A stretch of 61,515 bases of DNA, counting the filler, from Nemertoderma westbladi (taxonomy: Eukaryota > Animalia > Xenacoelomorpha): assembly GCA_032718475.1 (NCBI GenBank). It is 3 parts of 3 records of this genome, joined end to end, with 100 filler letters (N's around TTAATTAATTAA, not from the genome) between each part and the next. Parts side by side here need not be neighbours in the genome. Positions count along the whole stretch, not along the records: positions 24,396 to 43,268 come from JAUCBJ010008943.1; positions 43,369 to 61,515 come from JAUCBJ010002971.1; 1 more part is not named here. One strand, written 5' to 3'. The notes below the pieces were generated by a model. It made no database searches. It was not told where the DNA came from and was given only the letters and a program-made list of their open reading frames with translations. Shown here piece by piece: positions 40,269-53,438 of this stretch (positions are counted from its first letter, which is position 1; each line of letters starts with the position of its first letter). The position numbers and the translations under genes were made by a program.

Positions 40269-40629
40269 TAAGTTAAGATAATTAGATTTCATTATTAGTT
40301 TAAACACGCCACAAATTTAAAAGCCTTTTTTCCTTCTCACTTTTTCATCCAAATATTTTGATAGCTCACTGTTTGATAGTCTGTTGCTAGTTGTTAATTT
40401 TCGGAACATTTCAATTTGTTTGGAAATATTCGAATTTAAACAAACATTCTGCAGTGTGCATGCATAGAGTACAGTATGTACTAAACCAGTACTGTATTCC
40501 ATAATAATATAAAACAACTGTACAGGTATCTGAGTCAAGGCATGGCATAAAATAATAATATTCAAATAAGTAAATAACAAAAAACAGATTTTATCTAATA
40601 TAATTGATTATCCAGCTTTAACAACTCAC

Positions 40630-40755
40630 CTTATAAGCAGTCCAATCAATTTTCGATAGTGCTATAGTTTTTCTTATACGTCCATGTTCTATATAGAGCC
40701 TTATAAACTCCATAGCAACTGGTTCATTTTTATAAAGTAATAACAGGGCAGCATC
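40630..40755 (-). CDS. DJ-1/PfpI-like protein, upstream exon
   Basis: TTTAG acceptor and AAG|GTGAGT donor, 42 codons, phase 0. ...RIRKTIALSKIDWTAYK joined to IVIFPGG (25266) rebuilds the Hsp31-type T..LS.ID...Y..IFxPGG motif. Confidence 0.65.
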
Positions 40756-40969
40756 CTAAACAAACAAGATAATTTAGATGTTGTGTTAAAATAATATATT
40801 ATTTACTTATAACTACTGGTATTTGGACATGGTATTTTGATCCATTGTCATTTATAAATTATATAAAACATAGAGGAAGCGATTGAGGTGCTGTTGCAGC
40901 TCTTGTGGACAACGACTCTTATGGCAAACATGCGCCTGATTCTCCCTCCAGGTTTAGAATATATTAGTA

Positions 40970-41297
40970 GTGTGGGGCGAGCGACGAAAGTAAGCGAGCT
41001 TAGCATACAGGTACCACTAACTCAATCGGTGTGTCTGTTGTGGGGCGAGCGACGAAAGTAAGCGAGCTTAGCATACAGGTACCACAAACTCAATCGGTGT
41101 GTCTGCTGTTCTGTTGCTCTGTTGATCTGTTGTTCTGTCGTTCTGTTGTTCTGTCCGTGTCCAATTTTAAACGTTAATAACTCAGCCAAATGTTATTGAA
41201 ATTTAACCAAACTTGGTACACATGTAGTCTGGCCAAATTAAGAAATTTTCCAAGTTGAATTTGCGTGGGGTCTTCGTGCAGCATCTGTGTAACTGTC
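40970..41297 (+). mobile_element. DINE-1/Helentron-like short element (related inverted copy at 43657-43878; partial at ~42185-42260)
   Basis: gtggggcgagc(g/c)acgaa start, CTGT microsatellite and aaatttaaccaaacttggtacacatg body. Confidence 0.6.
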
Positions 41298-42704
41298 TAA
41301 AAGTTATAATAAATTAATCTACCCGAAAATTATTAGGCTGGCATCAGATGGTTGCTAGGAGACTACAGGATTACAGTACGGTGCCGGTACTGTTAACTGT
41401 TACAGTGGTACAGAGTTTGGTACCGTCTTCAGGTCGTTGGTCGTTTACAAGGCCATCTGAACAACTTCTTCATCTAAACAGCTTCCGACAGTCCGATGTA
41501 TCTGGACCCGAGCAGCCGAGTGGCATCAAGATGCGATTAACTGAGGAATAAATACTACGGAATTGCTTGCTTGTCAGTAAGATTCTATTTACTACACTGG
41601 GGAAAACGGCGGTCGGTCGGATCGTAATGCGGGCCACTGCCAAGGTTCCTCATGCCTCACTCAGGCCACCCACTCGGTGGGAGGTGTACGACTTACGTCG
41701 ACGACTGGACGAATCGACGAGGATTGCGATTTGGGTTTAGCGGCCGCCCGGACACCCGGATCCTGGGATCGCCTGGGGGAAATTGTTGAAAGTCGGGCAG
41801 ACGTGTATCGTACCGGATTACGTTCTCTGCTATGCGAAAGTGTGAGGCGAATTCGTTGTCGAATTGGGGTCGGAAGCTGCGGGAATTCTACTGTTCTACG
41901 GGAATAATCCGCAGCTGTCCAGTGACTATGGACGGATACTGGGTTGAGCAGGTATTTCGATCAAGTTTCTCGTATTCTCGATTTTCTCGAATTCTCGATA
42001 TTTCCTATAAACCACATAGCTTCGCATATTGAACGTGTGATTGGAAATAAGTTTGTGCTACTCTTCCGCCCCTTGGGTGGTATATGTCGCGGTTATGTAT
42101 TGGTTGGTAGGAAGGGGGGGCGGGGGGGGGGGGGGGGGGGGCGGGGGCGGGGGGGGGGGTGGGCTGGTGCAGATTAAAAGGATGAAATTTAACCAAACTT
42201 GGTACACATCTAGTCAGGCCAAAGTTTATAAATTTTCCAAGTTTTCGCGTGGCCTTCGAGAAGCTAAGATAATAGCAGTTAATTAGTTAATTAAGTTGAT
42301 TAGGGTAAAAACATCAATTTGAACCTGCCTCCTTAAAGGATATTAATTATTTTCTAGTATAAGATTTAAATATTATACTTAAAAGTTATACAGCTGTAAT
42401 CCCCATACAACATTCCATTATAGTTTTTAATTAGCTGAAGTGATTTGCTTTAATAAATTGTTTTTAATTGATCTAAACGTAATTAAAGCGGCACAATTAT
42501 TGAGTACAAATTTAATCCTTCCCATTATTGGTCAACATAGTCTCTGTGGGGGTGTAGAGCTGCTAGCTGGCACCAGGGCAGAGGGGAATTGTACTGTAAT
42601 AGGCAGCCAGTAGTATTGCTATAGCAACACAAACATAACTCCAACCACACTGCCTGTATTTAAATTCCTATTGACTCTACAGTCTAATAGTCAGTTACAG
42701 TCTA

Positions 42705-43215
42705 ATGCCCAAGGGGACAACACTGAATGGACCCCGCTATAAAGAGGTCCTGGCCGAACGTCTTATTCCAGCAATGGAGTCACTTGGAGCAACCACATTC
42801 CAGCAAGATGGTGCTCCTTGCCACACATCCAAGCTGGTCAAGGACTACCTCAACGACAACAATGTTAATGTAATGTTTTGGCCAGGCAATTCACCTGACT
42901 TAAACCCTATTGAGAACCTTTGGAGAATTTTAAAACTCAAAGTTTGGCGGCATAAAGCGAGTAATATTGATAGCTTGAAGAAAGCGCTAGTTTCTGAATG
43001 GGTCAAACTACCACGTGAACTTTGCAAAAATCTTGCAAGTAGTATGCCAAGACGTATTAAATTGTGTATCGCGGCCAAATACTATAGCACTAAGTATTAA
43101 TTGTGAAATTGCATTGATTTAAAATGAGGAATTATAGTTAACTATATTACTTTACATTACTAAAATCTCAATTTCCTAAAAACACATGGTGTGACCAAAC
43201 TTTTGAGCAGCACTG
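42705..43215 (+). mobile_element. Tc1-family transposon 3' half (truncated DDE transposase, 42705-43100)
   Basis: FQQDGAPCH...WPGNSPDLNPIENLW; the right end is ...aaacttttgagcagCACTG-TA. Confidence 0.92.
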
Positions 43216-43268
43216 TATACTATAAATGTTGTATTACTTACTATCTCAGGTGACAGAAGATATAATGA

Positions 43269-43368
43269 NNNNNNNNNNNNNNNNNNNNNNNNNNNNNNNN
43301 NNNNNNNNNNNNTTAATTAATTAANNNNNNNNNNNNNNNNNNNNNNNNNNNNNNNNNNNNNNNNNNNN
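43269..43368. other. Artificial contig spacer
   Basis: N run with TTAATTAATTAA. Confidence 0.97.
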
Positions 43369-43947
43369 AGGCCTAAACTATAATCACCGCAAGGGTTGCC
43401 GGGGCCATGTTTAATTAGATTACATGATATGGCATGTCTGCAGTGTATGGTACCGGCTGACCAGTGTTGCAGTATTGACTGATTGCAGGATTCTCGATTC
43501 AGGGATTGAGTACAGCCTAACAGTACCGGTACATGCAGATTGGCCGCCAGCCCCAATGTATTGCAAAATTTGTCAGAAACCCAGCTGAATTATCCTACAG
43601 TAATAATAATTTAACGCATTTTAATTTTGGATAAATAAATTTATTATAACTGCAATAACAGTTACACTGATGCTGCACGAAGGCCCCACGCAAATTCTAC
43701 TTGGAAAATTTTCAAACTTTTGCCAAACAACATGTGTACCAAGTTTGGATAGATTTCATCAAGGATTGGCCGAGTTATTAACGTTTAAAATAAAATACTG
43801 AAAAAAAACGCGACAGAACGACAGGTTGATTAATGGTACCCCTACGCTAAGGCTCACTCACTTCGTGGCTCGCCCCACAATTACTCTGACCAGTTTGGGG
43901 GCAATACGGACTAGACGATGTTTAGAATACAAATCATAGTAACTCAC

Positions 43948-44956
43948 CGATACTGGAAACTGTCGATTTAGAGGCCAACAGGAGGTTGTAGGTGTTGGGA
44001 AGGTCTAAGTTATAGTCGCCTAGAGACTGAGTAGTGAGGGTTGGTGAGGAGTTAGTGTCTGTTAGGGGACCATGAGCGGTGTTGGGAGACAGGGAGTTAG
44101 AGTCTGGGAGGAGATTCTGCTGAGTTGAGTGGGGGGTCGAAGCATTAGTGTCTGTACTGTTTCCATATTCTACATCTATAGGGGAGAACAAATCGTCCAA
44201 AGCATCTCCAACCTCGTTTAGGTCGGGTTTATATTCCAGTTCGTCTTCCGTCTTAATGCGTAGGATTACCGGAACATCTGACTGGTCTGCTGATAGAGGT
44301 TGGGTAGACGTAGAATAGTGGTTTGAGTTGGTTGTGGTAACTTCGGGGGTACCGGTATAGGAGGATATGTTGGTATAAGATAATAAAGTTGAACTGGCTG
44401 TATTATTACTCGATTCAGATTCAATGAGGTTTGGTTTGGTGTCTATCGGACACAGTTTGGGATCCATTTGTCTTTGTTCTCCCGGTTGGTCTGTCTGGTT
44501 GAGACGTTGTAACCTCACCACAGGCTGCATAGAGGATGGTTCGGTAGGTGGCGTGGGTTGATTCGAGTATCGAGATTGCGGATGCTTTCCTGTCGCAGGA
44601 TTGTAATTGTGGTGGTACGTAGGTGTCGGCGCCGATGCCGTCAATGGACACTGTGGCATACTGGTCTCGTGGTACCCGGCAGTCGGGACAGTGGCCGGTG
44701 ATTGGGTCGTGTTGTGAGACAAATCCGAGGTGGTGGCGGCGTTGTTAGACCCAGAGGTGAGTGAACGCAGCAGCCACTCGGTAATATGACCTGCCGTACA
44801 TTTATTAACGACATAATAGTCCAGAAAACTCGAGTTCGCGTCCAGGTATTCTTCGAGAAACGTCCGCACAAACGGACCATTTTCCGAACAGATGTTCGCG
44901 AACATAGATTTGGTAATTAGCAGTGCGTTGCCCGACTCACAAGTCAACCGTTCCAT
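43948..44956 (-). CDS. C2H2 zinc-finger gene paralog 1, large N-terminal exon (finger exon not in this contig)
   Basis: Open 340-aa frame, highly similar to 53439-54441, with the same G|GTGAGT donor. Confidence 0.75.
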
Positions 44957-45771
44957 TGTCTGATTGTTGTCGCTTAAAGAGTTCAGGTCCTCCCGGTTCG
45001 AGAAGCAATGGATATTAACTGAATGAAGATTTAATATAGGCCTAATGAGCTAGGTGTAGGACTGTAGGTGCTAGTGTAGGCAAGGCCTACTAAAGGAAAG
45101 GCTGTGCAGCCGACTGTTACGTCCTGACAAATGAGGGCCTAGAAATTTATTAAGACGTAGGCCTATATACAGGTATAAGAACAAATGACATCAACTTCAA
45201 ACAAAATGAGTTAGGCAATTTCATCTGTTCATGTCTACGTTCTAGTTCTACGTAGGACTGTAGGATTAAAGACTATATTTATAAAGGCCAACTTAGAACT
45301 TACACTTAAAACAAAACTTACTATATTTAAAGCAACAAGTGTTCTGAATTTCAATTTAGATAATAATGTTCAGTTATCATTCATACAGTATGCGTAACTG
45401 TGGCAAAAGGAGCAGGATTACAGTGGCGGTGTTTTCTAACCAAAACAGTAAACTAAACTAGATCGGTATGACTAATTACCCAAACGCACCCAATCGGCAC
45501 CCAAACGCACCCAAACGGCACCCAAACGCACCCAATCGGCACCCAAACGGCACCCAATGGTACCCAAACGGCAATTGAACTGCCGGATGAAAATTACCCT
45601 CCTATATGGTACTCCCTGGCATTCTAAATCAGTTGAGTCAATAGGTAAACGGTGAAATTAACCGGTAGGCCTACCTACCAAATACCAGAACAGCAGAATA
45701 CTGAAATACGGTACCAGCAGATTGGTATGTAGAATAGCTTACTCTCTGACTGTAAACATGCTGGCGTATAA

Positions 45772-46905
45772 GTATGTTAGAATGCCGTTTGGGTGGCGTT
45801 TGCGTATGTTAGAATGTCGTTTGTTTGAGTGGCGTTTGGGTAAGGTAGAATTCCGTTTGGGTGGCGTTTGGGTATGTTAGAATGCCGTTTGGGTGGCGTT
45901 TGGGTATGTTAGAATGCCGTTTGGGTGGCGTTTGTGTATGTTAGAATGCCGTTTGGCTAAGGTAGAATGCTGTTTGGGTGGCGTTTGAGTATGTTAGAAT
46001 GCCGTTTGGGTGGCGTTTGAGTATGTTATAATGCCGTTTGGGTGGTGTTTGAGTATGTTAGAATGCCGTTTGGCTGGCGTTTGGGTATGTTAGAATGCCG
46101 TTTGACTGGCGTTTGGGTAAGGTTGAATGCCGTTTTGGTGGCATTTGGGTATGTTAGAATGCCGTTTGGGTGGCGTTTGGGTATGTTAGAATGCCGTTTG
46201 GGTGTGCGTTTGGGTATGTTTGAATGCCGTTTTGAGTGGCGTTTGGGTATGTTAGAATGCCGTTTGAGTGGCGTTTGGGTAAGGTAGAATGCCGTTTGAG
46301 TGGCGTTTGGGTATGTTAGAATGCCGTTTGGGTGGCGTTTGGGTATGTTAGAATGCCGTTTGGGGGGCGTTTGGGTATGTTAGAATGCCGTTTGGGTGGC
46401 GTTTGTGTATGTTAGAATGCCGTTTGAGTGGCGTTTGGGTAAGGTAGAATGCTGTTTGGGTGGCGTTTGAGTATGTTAGAATGCCGTTTGGGTGGTGTTT
46501 GGGTATGTTATAATGCCGTTTGGGTGGTGTTTGAGTATGTTAGAATGCCGTTTGGCTGGCGTTTGTGTATGTTAGAATGCCGTTTGACTGGCTTTTGGGT
46601 AAGGTTGAATGCCGTTTTGGTGGCATTTGGGTATGTTAGAATGCCGTTTGGGTGGCGTTTGGGTATGTTAGAATGCCGTTTGGATGTGCGTTTGGGTATG
46701 TTTGAATGCCGTTTGAGTGGCGTTTGGGTAAAGTAGAATGCCGTTTGGGTGGCGTTTGGGTATGTTAGAATGCCGTTTGAGTGGTGTTTGGGTATGTTAG
46801 AATGGCGTTTGGGTGGCGTTTGGGTATGTTGGAATGCCGTTTGGGTATGTTAGAATGGCGTTTGGGTAAGGTAGAATGCCGTTTGGGTGGCGTTTGGGTA
46901 AGATA
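45772..46905. repeat. 32-bp minisatellite (~35 copies)
   Basis: Unit gtatgttagaatgccgtttgggtggcgtttgg. A short inverted-sense cacccaaacgg tract lies at 45478-45572. Confidence 0.93.
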
Positions 46906-48118
46906 GACTGCATTCTTTATATCTTTATTATGTTTCATTTATTGTATCTTTAATGTATTTATCTATAATGTTTTTCAGATTAATTTTCCAAAGTCAAACC
47001 TCCAGGAGGAGAAGAGTGATCAATTTCTGGCAAGCGTCATGGATGTTGTCAACATAGTAACCCGGAACTGCGGAATCTGGTAAAAGTTCGGATAGCGTCT
47101 CCAAAAGCGTCCACGAATCACCGAGTCAACGATTCCTACGAGCGGAAGTCGGCGTCCTGTTTACTTATGGTTTAGCATATAGAAGAAGTTCAAACGATGG
47201 GTAGAAGCAATCTCAGTCCCAGTAGACTGTTGGTTGGTTCGGAACTCCAGTTGTAGTTGTCGTCTCCTGTGTTTCGGGCGATCTGCGATGTGCCGAAGTG
47301 ATGAATGAACATTTATCACTCAAAAATAAACATTGCAATTTTTGAATAAAATTACGTATAAATAATCAAGTACCAACCAACTGTTTTTCTATAAAGTGGT
47401 GCTTTATGCAGCGTGATATAAATAGTTATTCTTAATATTGCCTTTCTATCCCACTCTTCAGATTTAGTTTCAGGAAATTGCAATTTTTCTCCCGGTGTGA
47501 GAAAAATAAACTTATACATCTCGGGGTAGGGGCTGGAAAAAAGTACCACATGTTTTCCATTTAGTAAATATAGTAGTTATTTGTGTGCCTTGTTGAAATA
47601 CATAGTTAGTGTCATTGACTTTGAAATAATTTGTTGTATATATTTTCAAGCATCATTGCCGCAACTGCTTAAGAATATTTTCAAGTGTTCCACAAATATA
47701 TCGTAAAATTTCACATATCGTAAACCGTTGCAGGTGTTTATGCGACCGACGCTACAGTAGATTGAGATAAAACGTGGAAATACAGTTCTATACTAACCAA
47801 TCAGCGCAATAGTGTGATGGTAGGTGGCGTTGTTTTTCGTTACTAACTTGAACAGTTTGCTGCCCGTGCAGTGATTGAGATTGTGATTGATAAATTACTG
47901 TATTATAATTATTAAAAGATATTATTGTTTAATAAGTATTAAACATTACCAGTCGCACCGAAATTATTCTTCGTCCTTCTTGTGATTTCTTGATACCAAT
48001 TGAAAAGTGTCGTTGAAAGGATTCCAAATTTGTAAATTACTATTAATGTCAATAGTCAATTTAATTTCACCAGTGTTTCATTCCTCTGTAATGAAATCGA
48101 TAAAGTTAATCATGTGAT

Positions 48119-48820
48119 GTCCCATACTTTACCTAAAATAGTGAAATTTTTAGTTTATTCACAGAGATGTAACTCAGCCTAATCACCCAGTGGAATGCAA
48201 AGCACGTTTGTGTTGCGTCATCGTATAAAACAATTAGTTTCATCTTCACTCCCTTAGAAATATCATGGCGGCCAATTGAAAATTGTCCCATACTTTACCA
48301 TTAAAATGGCGATTATATTAGTGCACTGTATTAATGTAATATGTGAAGCCAGGAGTGTTATAATACTCTAAGGTCATAGTCGGCCGTAAGAATATGAGTC
48401 TATATTTGAACTGAGAATCATTCCTTAGTCAAGAAATCTTTGGGTTTATGCATGTAAAGTCCCATACTTTACCAAATAGTGAAATTTTTAATTTATACAC
48501 AGAGAAGTAGTCTAACTCAGCCCAATAACCCAGTGGAATGCAAAGCTCGTTTGTGTTGCGTCATCTTATGAAACAATTACCTATAGTTTCATAATCTACT
48601 CCCTCCCTACAAACATCATGACGGCCAATTGAAAATTGTCCCATACTTTACCACTATAATGGCGATTACATTTTAGTGCACTCTATTATTGTAATATATG
48701 AAACCTGGAGGGCAGGAGTGTTATAATGCTTTAGGGTGATAGTAGGGGGAAGCATAGAAGTATATATTTGAACTAAGAATCATTCCTCAGTTAACTAATC
48801 TTTGAGTTTATGCATGTAAA
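48119..48820. repeat. Diverged tandem duplication (~340-360 bp x2)
   Basis: gtcccatactttacc...cccagtggaatgcaaagc...tttatgcatgtaaagt repeated. Confidence 0.8.
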
Positions 48821-49293
48821 GTTCAAAAGTTCATTCGAAAGTTCAATCCAAGCACAATTTTGTGACTTAAATCAATTTGTAACTTAATTAACGGAAAGGA
48901 GCAGGTTACAGTGGCGGGCTTTTTAACCAAACAAATAAACAATATCTCAATAACATAGGTTACTTCATACTTACAATCTTATTTTTGCAATACGAAAATA
49001 CCATATGAACTATAACTTATACTTAATGTTATAATTTAGATAAAACCATTTTAATTCTTCGACAATAACCCCCCCCCCCCCCCCCCCCCCCCCCTGTATT
49101 CATAAAGTTTTCGGTCTGGCCCAACCTGGGGCTGCACCACAAGTAGTGTTTGGGGAGACGATGCCGAGGGAAGAGGATGGCATCGACATGGGTAGGGACG
49201 ATAAGGTGGAAATGTTGATGTATCAACAGCTCCATAGACCCAGGAGGCTACGCGGAGCCAAGGATATGAGTGTGACAGACAGTGATAGACGGT

Positions 49294-49626
49294 TGCGACT
49301 ACTGTGGGAGACTAACCCATCAGCAGAAGAATTGTCTGTATCGCTACCAAAAGGGGGGCGATATGTCTATATTGTCACGAGTCTACCGATAGAATGGGCG
49401 CTTCCCGAGGCTGCACCATAGGTGTACGAAGTGTAAGTTTAGGGGGCATTTTGAGCGCCAGTGCGACTGGATCGACAATGAGGAGAAGTTCCGTATTTAC
49501 GAGGACTGGGCCGATGTCGGAGTCATGAATAGGCAAAGGATGAAGGCCCAGGAGTTCCGGTGGGGGTTTTTCAACATCACCAGGAGATTACTAAGAGGAG
49601 ACTACCATTCACATATCAGGAGGTAG
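49294..49626 (+). pseudogene. Frameshifted triple zinc-knuckle domain homologous to the 26.7-28 kb ORF
   Basis: CDYCGRLTHQQKNC / ICLYCHE / PRLHHRCTKCKFRGHFERQC...YEDWADVGVMNRQRMKAQEFRWGFF, versus CPTLYNLCTKCGFRGH...FEPYANTHVKTRAR...AQEMTYGYF. Confidence 0.68.
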
Positions 49627-51029
49627 CGACAGCGGCACCACATGGAGGGGTTATTAACACCCAATGATATTTCGACACATGGTCGCCAGAGAACAGGATG
49701 GAATTCAGGAACTTTCTGGTGGAGCATGTGCTGCGTGAAATGAAGATGATCATGTGGGACGCTACCAGAGGGAAGCAGGAGGGGCACTCAGTGGGACCGC
49801 CAGCGAAACGATACCGTGAAATGATAACGCCCGCGCCCAAGGATCCAACTACGGTATCAGTGCGGATGAGTAGCCTGAAGGGTAAACAGGAGGAAAGAAA
49901 ACGCCCGAGACAGGACGATGATAGGGGCAAGGAGATGAGTAATAATGATGGTAATAATTAATATATTGAATTCAGTAATTATGTATTAATAGGTATTAAT
50001 TAATTATGTATGTATTTTACAGTATATCAATCGGTGCTGAAATAGTATCACATAGAACTTGGATTTAGGGTAGTAGATGCTGTTTGTAATTTATTTCACC
50101 AATTAATTTGGTAGCGGTTGGTTTGTATTGTTCTATTATTGTAATTATTAAATACACCTTGTACGGAGTTAGAGCACACAAGGTCATTGAACCTTACCGT
50201 ATCATACAGTTTTAGAACCGACCAAATAGGCAATGTACGCAAATGTTTGAATATATTAATTTTGGTAAACATTGATTGCTCTTTGTATAGCCAACTCTAA
50301 ACAAAATATTTTGGAAAGATATATAAAGTTACCCAAAACCCGTTTCATATATCTAATTAATTAAAATTTGATTCGAAATTATCCCGATTCCCAAATTAGG
50401 GATCCCGGGAGTGGAAATCCCGAAATGTCTGATCCCGTTACACTAACTACACGAGCTGTTAATGACATATTGACGATCGAAATTTGATCCAGGCAGAGAG
50501 AGGGACAATGTCAATTTGTCCATTCTAAACTGTAAGGTTCATTCACTTCGTGGCTCGCCCCTTAGTTATTGATTATGTTATTGTTGAATATTTTATGCTG
50601 CTATGCGGGATGTTATACAATCGTGATTTTGGTTGAAACATTAATTTTATGCCGTAGAGTGATTTTTTTCAATTTTAAACTTTATATTTAATTTGGTTTA
50701 TTCTAATAAAGTAATTTAATGACCTATTCGTTGTACAGCTGATGTGGACGTTAAATATTATAGAAGAAGATTAAAAAAGATTGTCTTGTTCCTTTTCAAT
50801 GTTTAAATTAATTGACGGTGGAGTAAAATGCATCACGGTTTATTTCGGTATTATTATTTTGATTTAGACAGGATATATGTTGGCCTAACTAATTAAATAA
50901 TTATTAGGAACAGATTGTCATTGTTTGTTAACTTTGTTTACTATCATGTTGCAAATTTTTTGTATAAATGCTCAACATGTGCAAATTACAGTATTAGTAT
51001 GGGTAGTGCTGGCTGATAAAAAGGTAACT

Positions 51030-51580
51030 GACACTCAGATTTGTAATTGAGCACTTGAATTCGTAACTGGATATTTTGATATTCTCATGGCATTTATTAC
51101 TGGGTTCTTGGGTTTGTTTCTGACAACTTAGATTTGTAACTGGGCAGCTGAATTTATTACCTGGAACTCCGATTTAAAACTGGGTGCTCTGATCTGTAAC
51201 CAGTAACTACAAATCATAACCAGAGACATAAATTCGTAACTGGGTGCTCATCTTTGTAACCAAACACTGATTTTACGTGGGAACACAGATTTGTAACCAG
51301 GTACCGAGATTCGTAACTGGGAACTCCAATTCGTAACCAGGTTCTCAGATTCATTAATGGTAACTCAGATTAGAAACCAGAAAGTCAGATTCACAACCAT
51401 AAACTAAGATTCGTAACAAGGTACTCCAATTTCATTTCATTGAACATTATCATAATTGTGAGAACAGATTCGTACCAAGGTGCTTCGATTTGTAACCAAG
51501 AACACTAAATTGTTACAGGAATCTCAGATTTGTAACCAGAAGCACAGATTTATAACCAGAAACTCAGATTTGTAACTTGG
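51030..51580. repeat. Degenerate ~20-bp tandem repeat
   Basis: ctcagatt(t/c)gtaacc(a/t)g motif recurs. Confidence 0.65.
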
Positions 51581-51808
51581 TAACCGCAACCAATTGACAG
51601 TTTTTATGAAATACAATATCGGTTCCTTATCGGGCCGCTAAGCCAGTCCCTAGACAACCTTTATTGATCATTATAACAAAAGGCACACGTAGCAGTTCAA
51701 TCTACAACTAACGTCATATATAGTTTACTAGTTTAAACTGCAACCAGGGAGCAATAGTGTCTACCAATATACATGAAAGTTGAGAAACGTTCCTGACAAA
51801 CATTACAG

Positions 51809-52470
51809 TTACCGAGTCTCCCCACTGCGGATACATTTGTGGCGCTTTACATGATGTCGTTGGTAGAAACATTTACCGCATTTATCGCAGCTAAACGGTC
51901 GTTCCCCTGTATGTAATCTCTGATGATCGTTTAGAGTGCTGCTCTGTGTAAATTCCTTCCCACACGTGTCGCACACGTACGGTCGATCTTTCGTGTGAAT
52001 TCTTTTGTGGGACGTTAAACTGCCGCTCTGCGTAAATCCCTTCCCGCACGTGTCGCACACGTACGGACGCTCTCCGGAATGCGTCCGCTTGTGCGAGGTT
52101 AGGTGGCCTAGTCGAGAGAAACGTTTCTGGCACTCATTGCAGTTATACAGTCTCTCACCACTGTGGGTTCGCTTATGCTTGGATAGGTTGCTTAGGTCAG
52201 AGAATCGTTTGTAGCAAATGCCGCATTGGTAAGGACGCTCACCGGTGTGGATCCGTTGGTGGTCAATTAGGTGGCTGTTTCTTGCGAACGCTTTATGACA
52301 AGTATCACAGCTGAGCGGCTTCTCATTGCTGCGGATTCCTTTCACAATATCCTGGGGTTGAATCCCAGAGGGACCAGGTTGGTCGAAGGGATTATTCATA
52401 CTTCGGAGTGTTACGTCATCGTCGGAAGTGAACATGTCTGAGTCATCAGGGGATGGTTGTGATTGGCCGC
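51809..52470 (-). CDS. C2H2 zinc-finger gene paralog 2, last exon (6 fingers)
   Basis: CTTTCTATAG acceptor in phase 1, matching the donor at 53438. Six Kruppel-type fingers with TGERPY-type linkers; the last is C2HC. Confidence 0.92.
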
Positions 52471-52928
52471 CTATAGAAAGTAATGGAGTAGATTACAAAT
52501 GGAGAATATTGGAAACGATAATAATTGAAGTAATTAATGCAATAATTAGTCAATAGAACTTGCTAATTACTGTAGTTTTAAATTCATATATGTAAATAAA
52601 TACGATTTTCGATTCGACATTGTAAATTAATACATGTGAGGTTTGATACTTTAATTACTAAAAAAACATAAAATATAAAATAAGCAGCATTAATTACTGA
52701 TACTGACTGAAATATTATAACCTGTAAAGGGGTCTTAGAAAATATTGCAGCACTGATTAATGTGATTATGGAGTGTCTCGGAAAAACGGAATATTCTAAA
52801 GTGATAGACGCAATAGTTAGGACCTATTTATAAGACAGTGATTCAGATATGAACTCTGGAGTCCCGAATAGACGGGGCGACACGGCTATTATTATATAGA
52901 AAATACATATAATAAATAAAAAATTATT

Positions 52929-53190
52929 AGAGAAATGGCTGGACTCTATCATCCAGATGAATAAATACAAATACATGGGATTCCATTCTGTGTCAGAGAA
53001 ATGGCTGGACTCTGTTATCCAGATGAAGAAATACAAATACAAGGGATTCCATTCTGTGTCAGAGAAATGGCTGGACTCTATTATCCAGATGAATAAATAC
53101 ACAAGGGATTCCATTCCGTGTCAGAGAAATGGCTGGACTCTATTACCCAGATGAGGAAATACAAATACAAGGGAATTCATTCTGCGTCGC
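52929..53190. repeat. ~65-70-bp tandem repeat (4 copies) in the ZF intron
   Basis: agagaaatggctggactct...ccagatga...gggattccattctgtgtc. Confidence 0.85.
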
Positions 53191-53438
53191 ACAAGTTATT
53201 GCGATTACTCAGGAGTCCTAAGTAATCGCTTCGTAAATAGGCTTCGTATATTATATTTGTTATTTGGTGAGAAAGGCTTCAGGCTAGATTGAATTTAATT
53301 AAACCAGATAAAAACCCTAAAAAACAAAAACTAAATTCAGAACTATCATAACTGTCACTATAAATAAACAATTACTCTGACCAGTTTGGGGGCAATACGG
53401 ACTAAACGATGTTTACAATACAAATCATAGTAACTCAC

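Noticed and set aside
40341-40448. Possible phase-0 exon NVCLNSN...LDEK
   Set aside because: Splice sites are plausible, but inclusion would interrupt the DJ-1 motif and there is no homology support.
41348-41960. Possible LTR end/PBS (aataaa...tactaca-ctgg)
   Set aside because: No partner LTR, TSD or coding remnant could be identified.
24296-43368. TTAATTAATTAA palindromes and cross-gap gene order as biology
   Set aside because: They are artificial linkers, so synteny across them cannot be assumed.
46042-46736. Hydrophobic repeat ORFs
   Set aside because: Translations of the 32-bp minisatellite.
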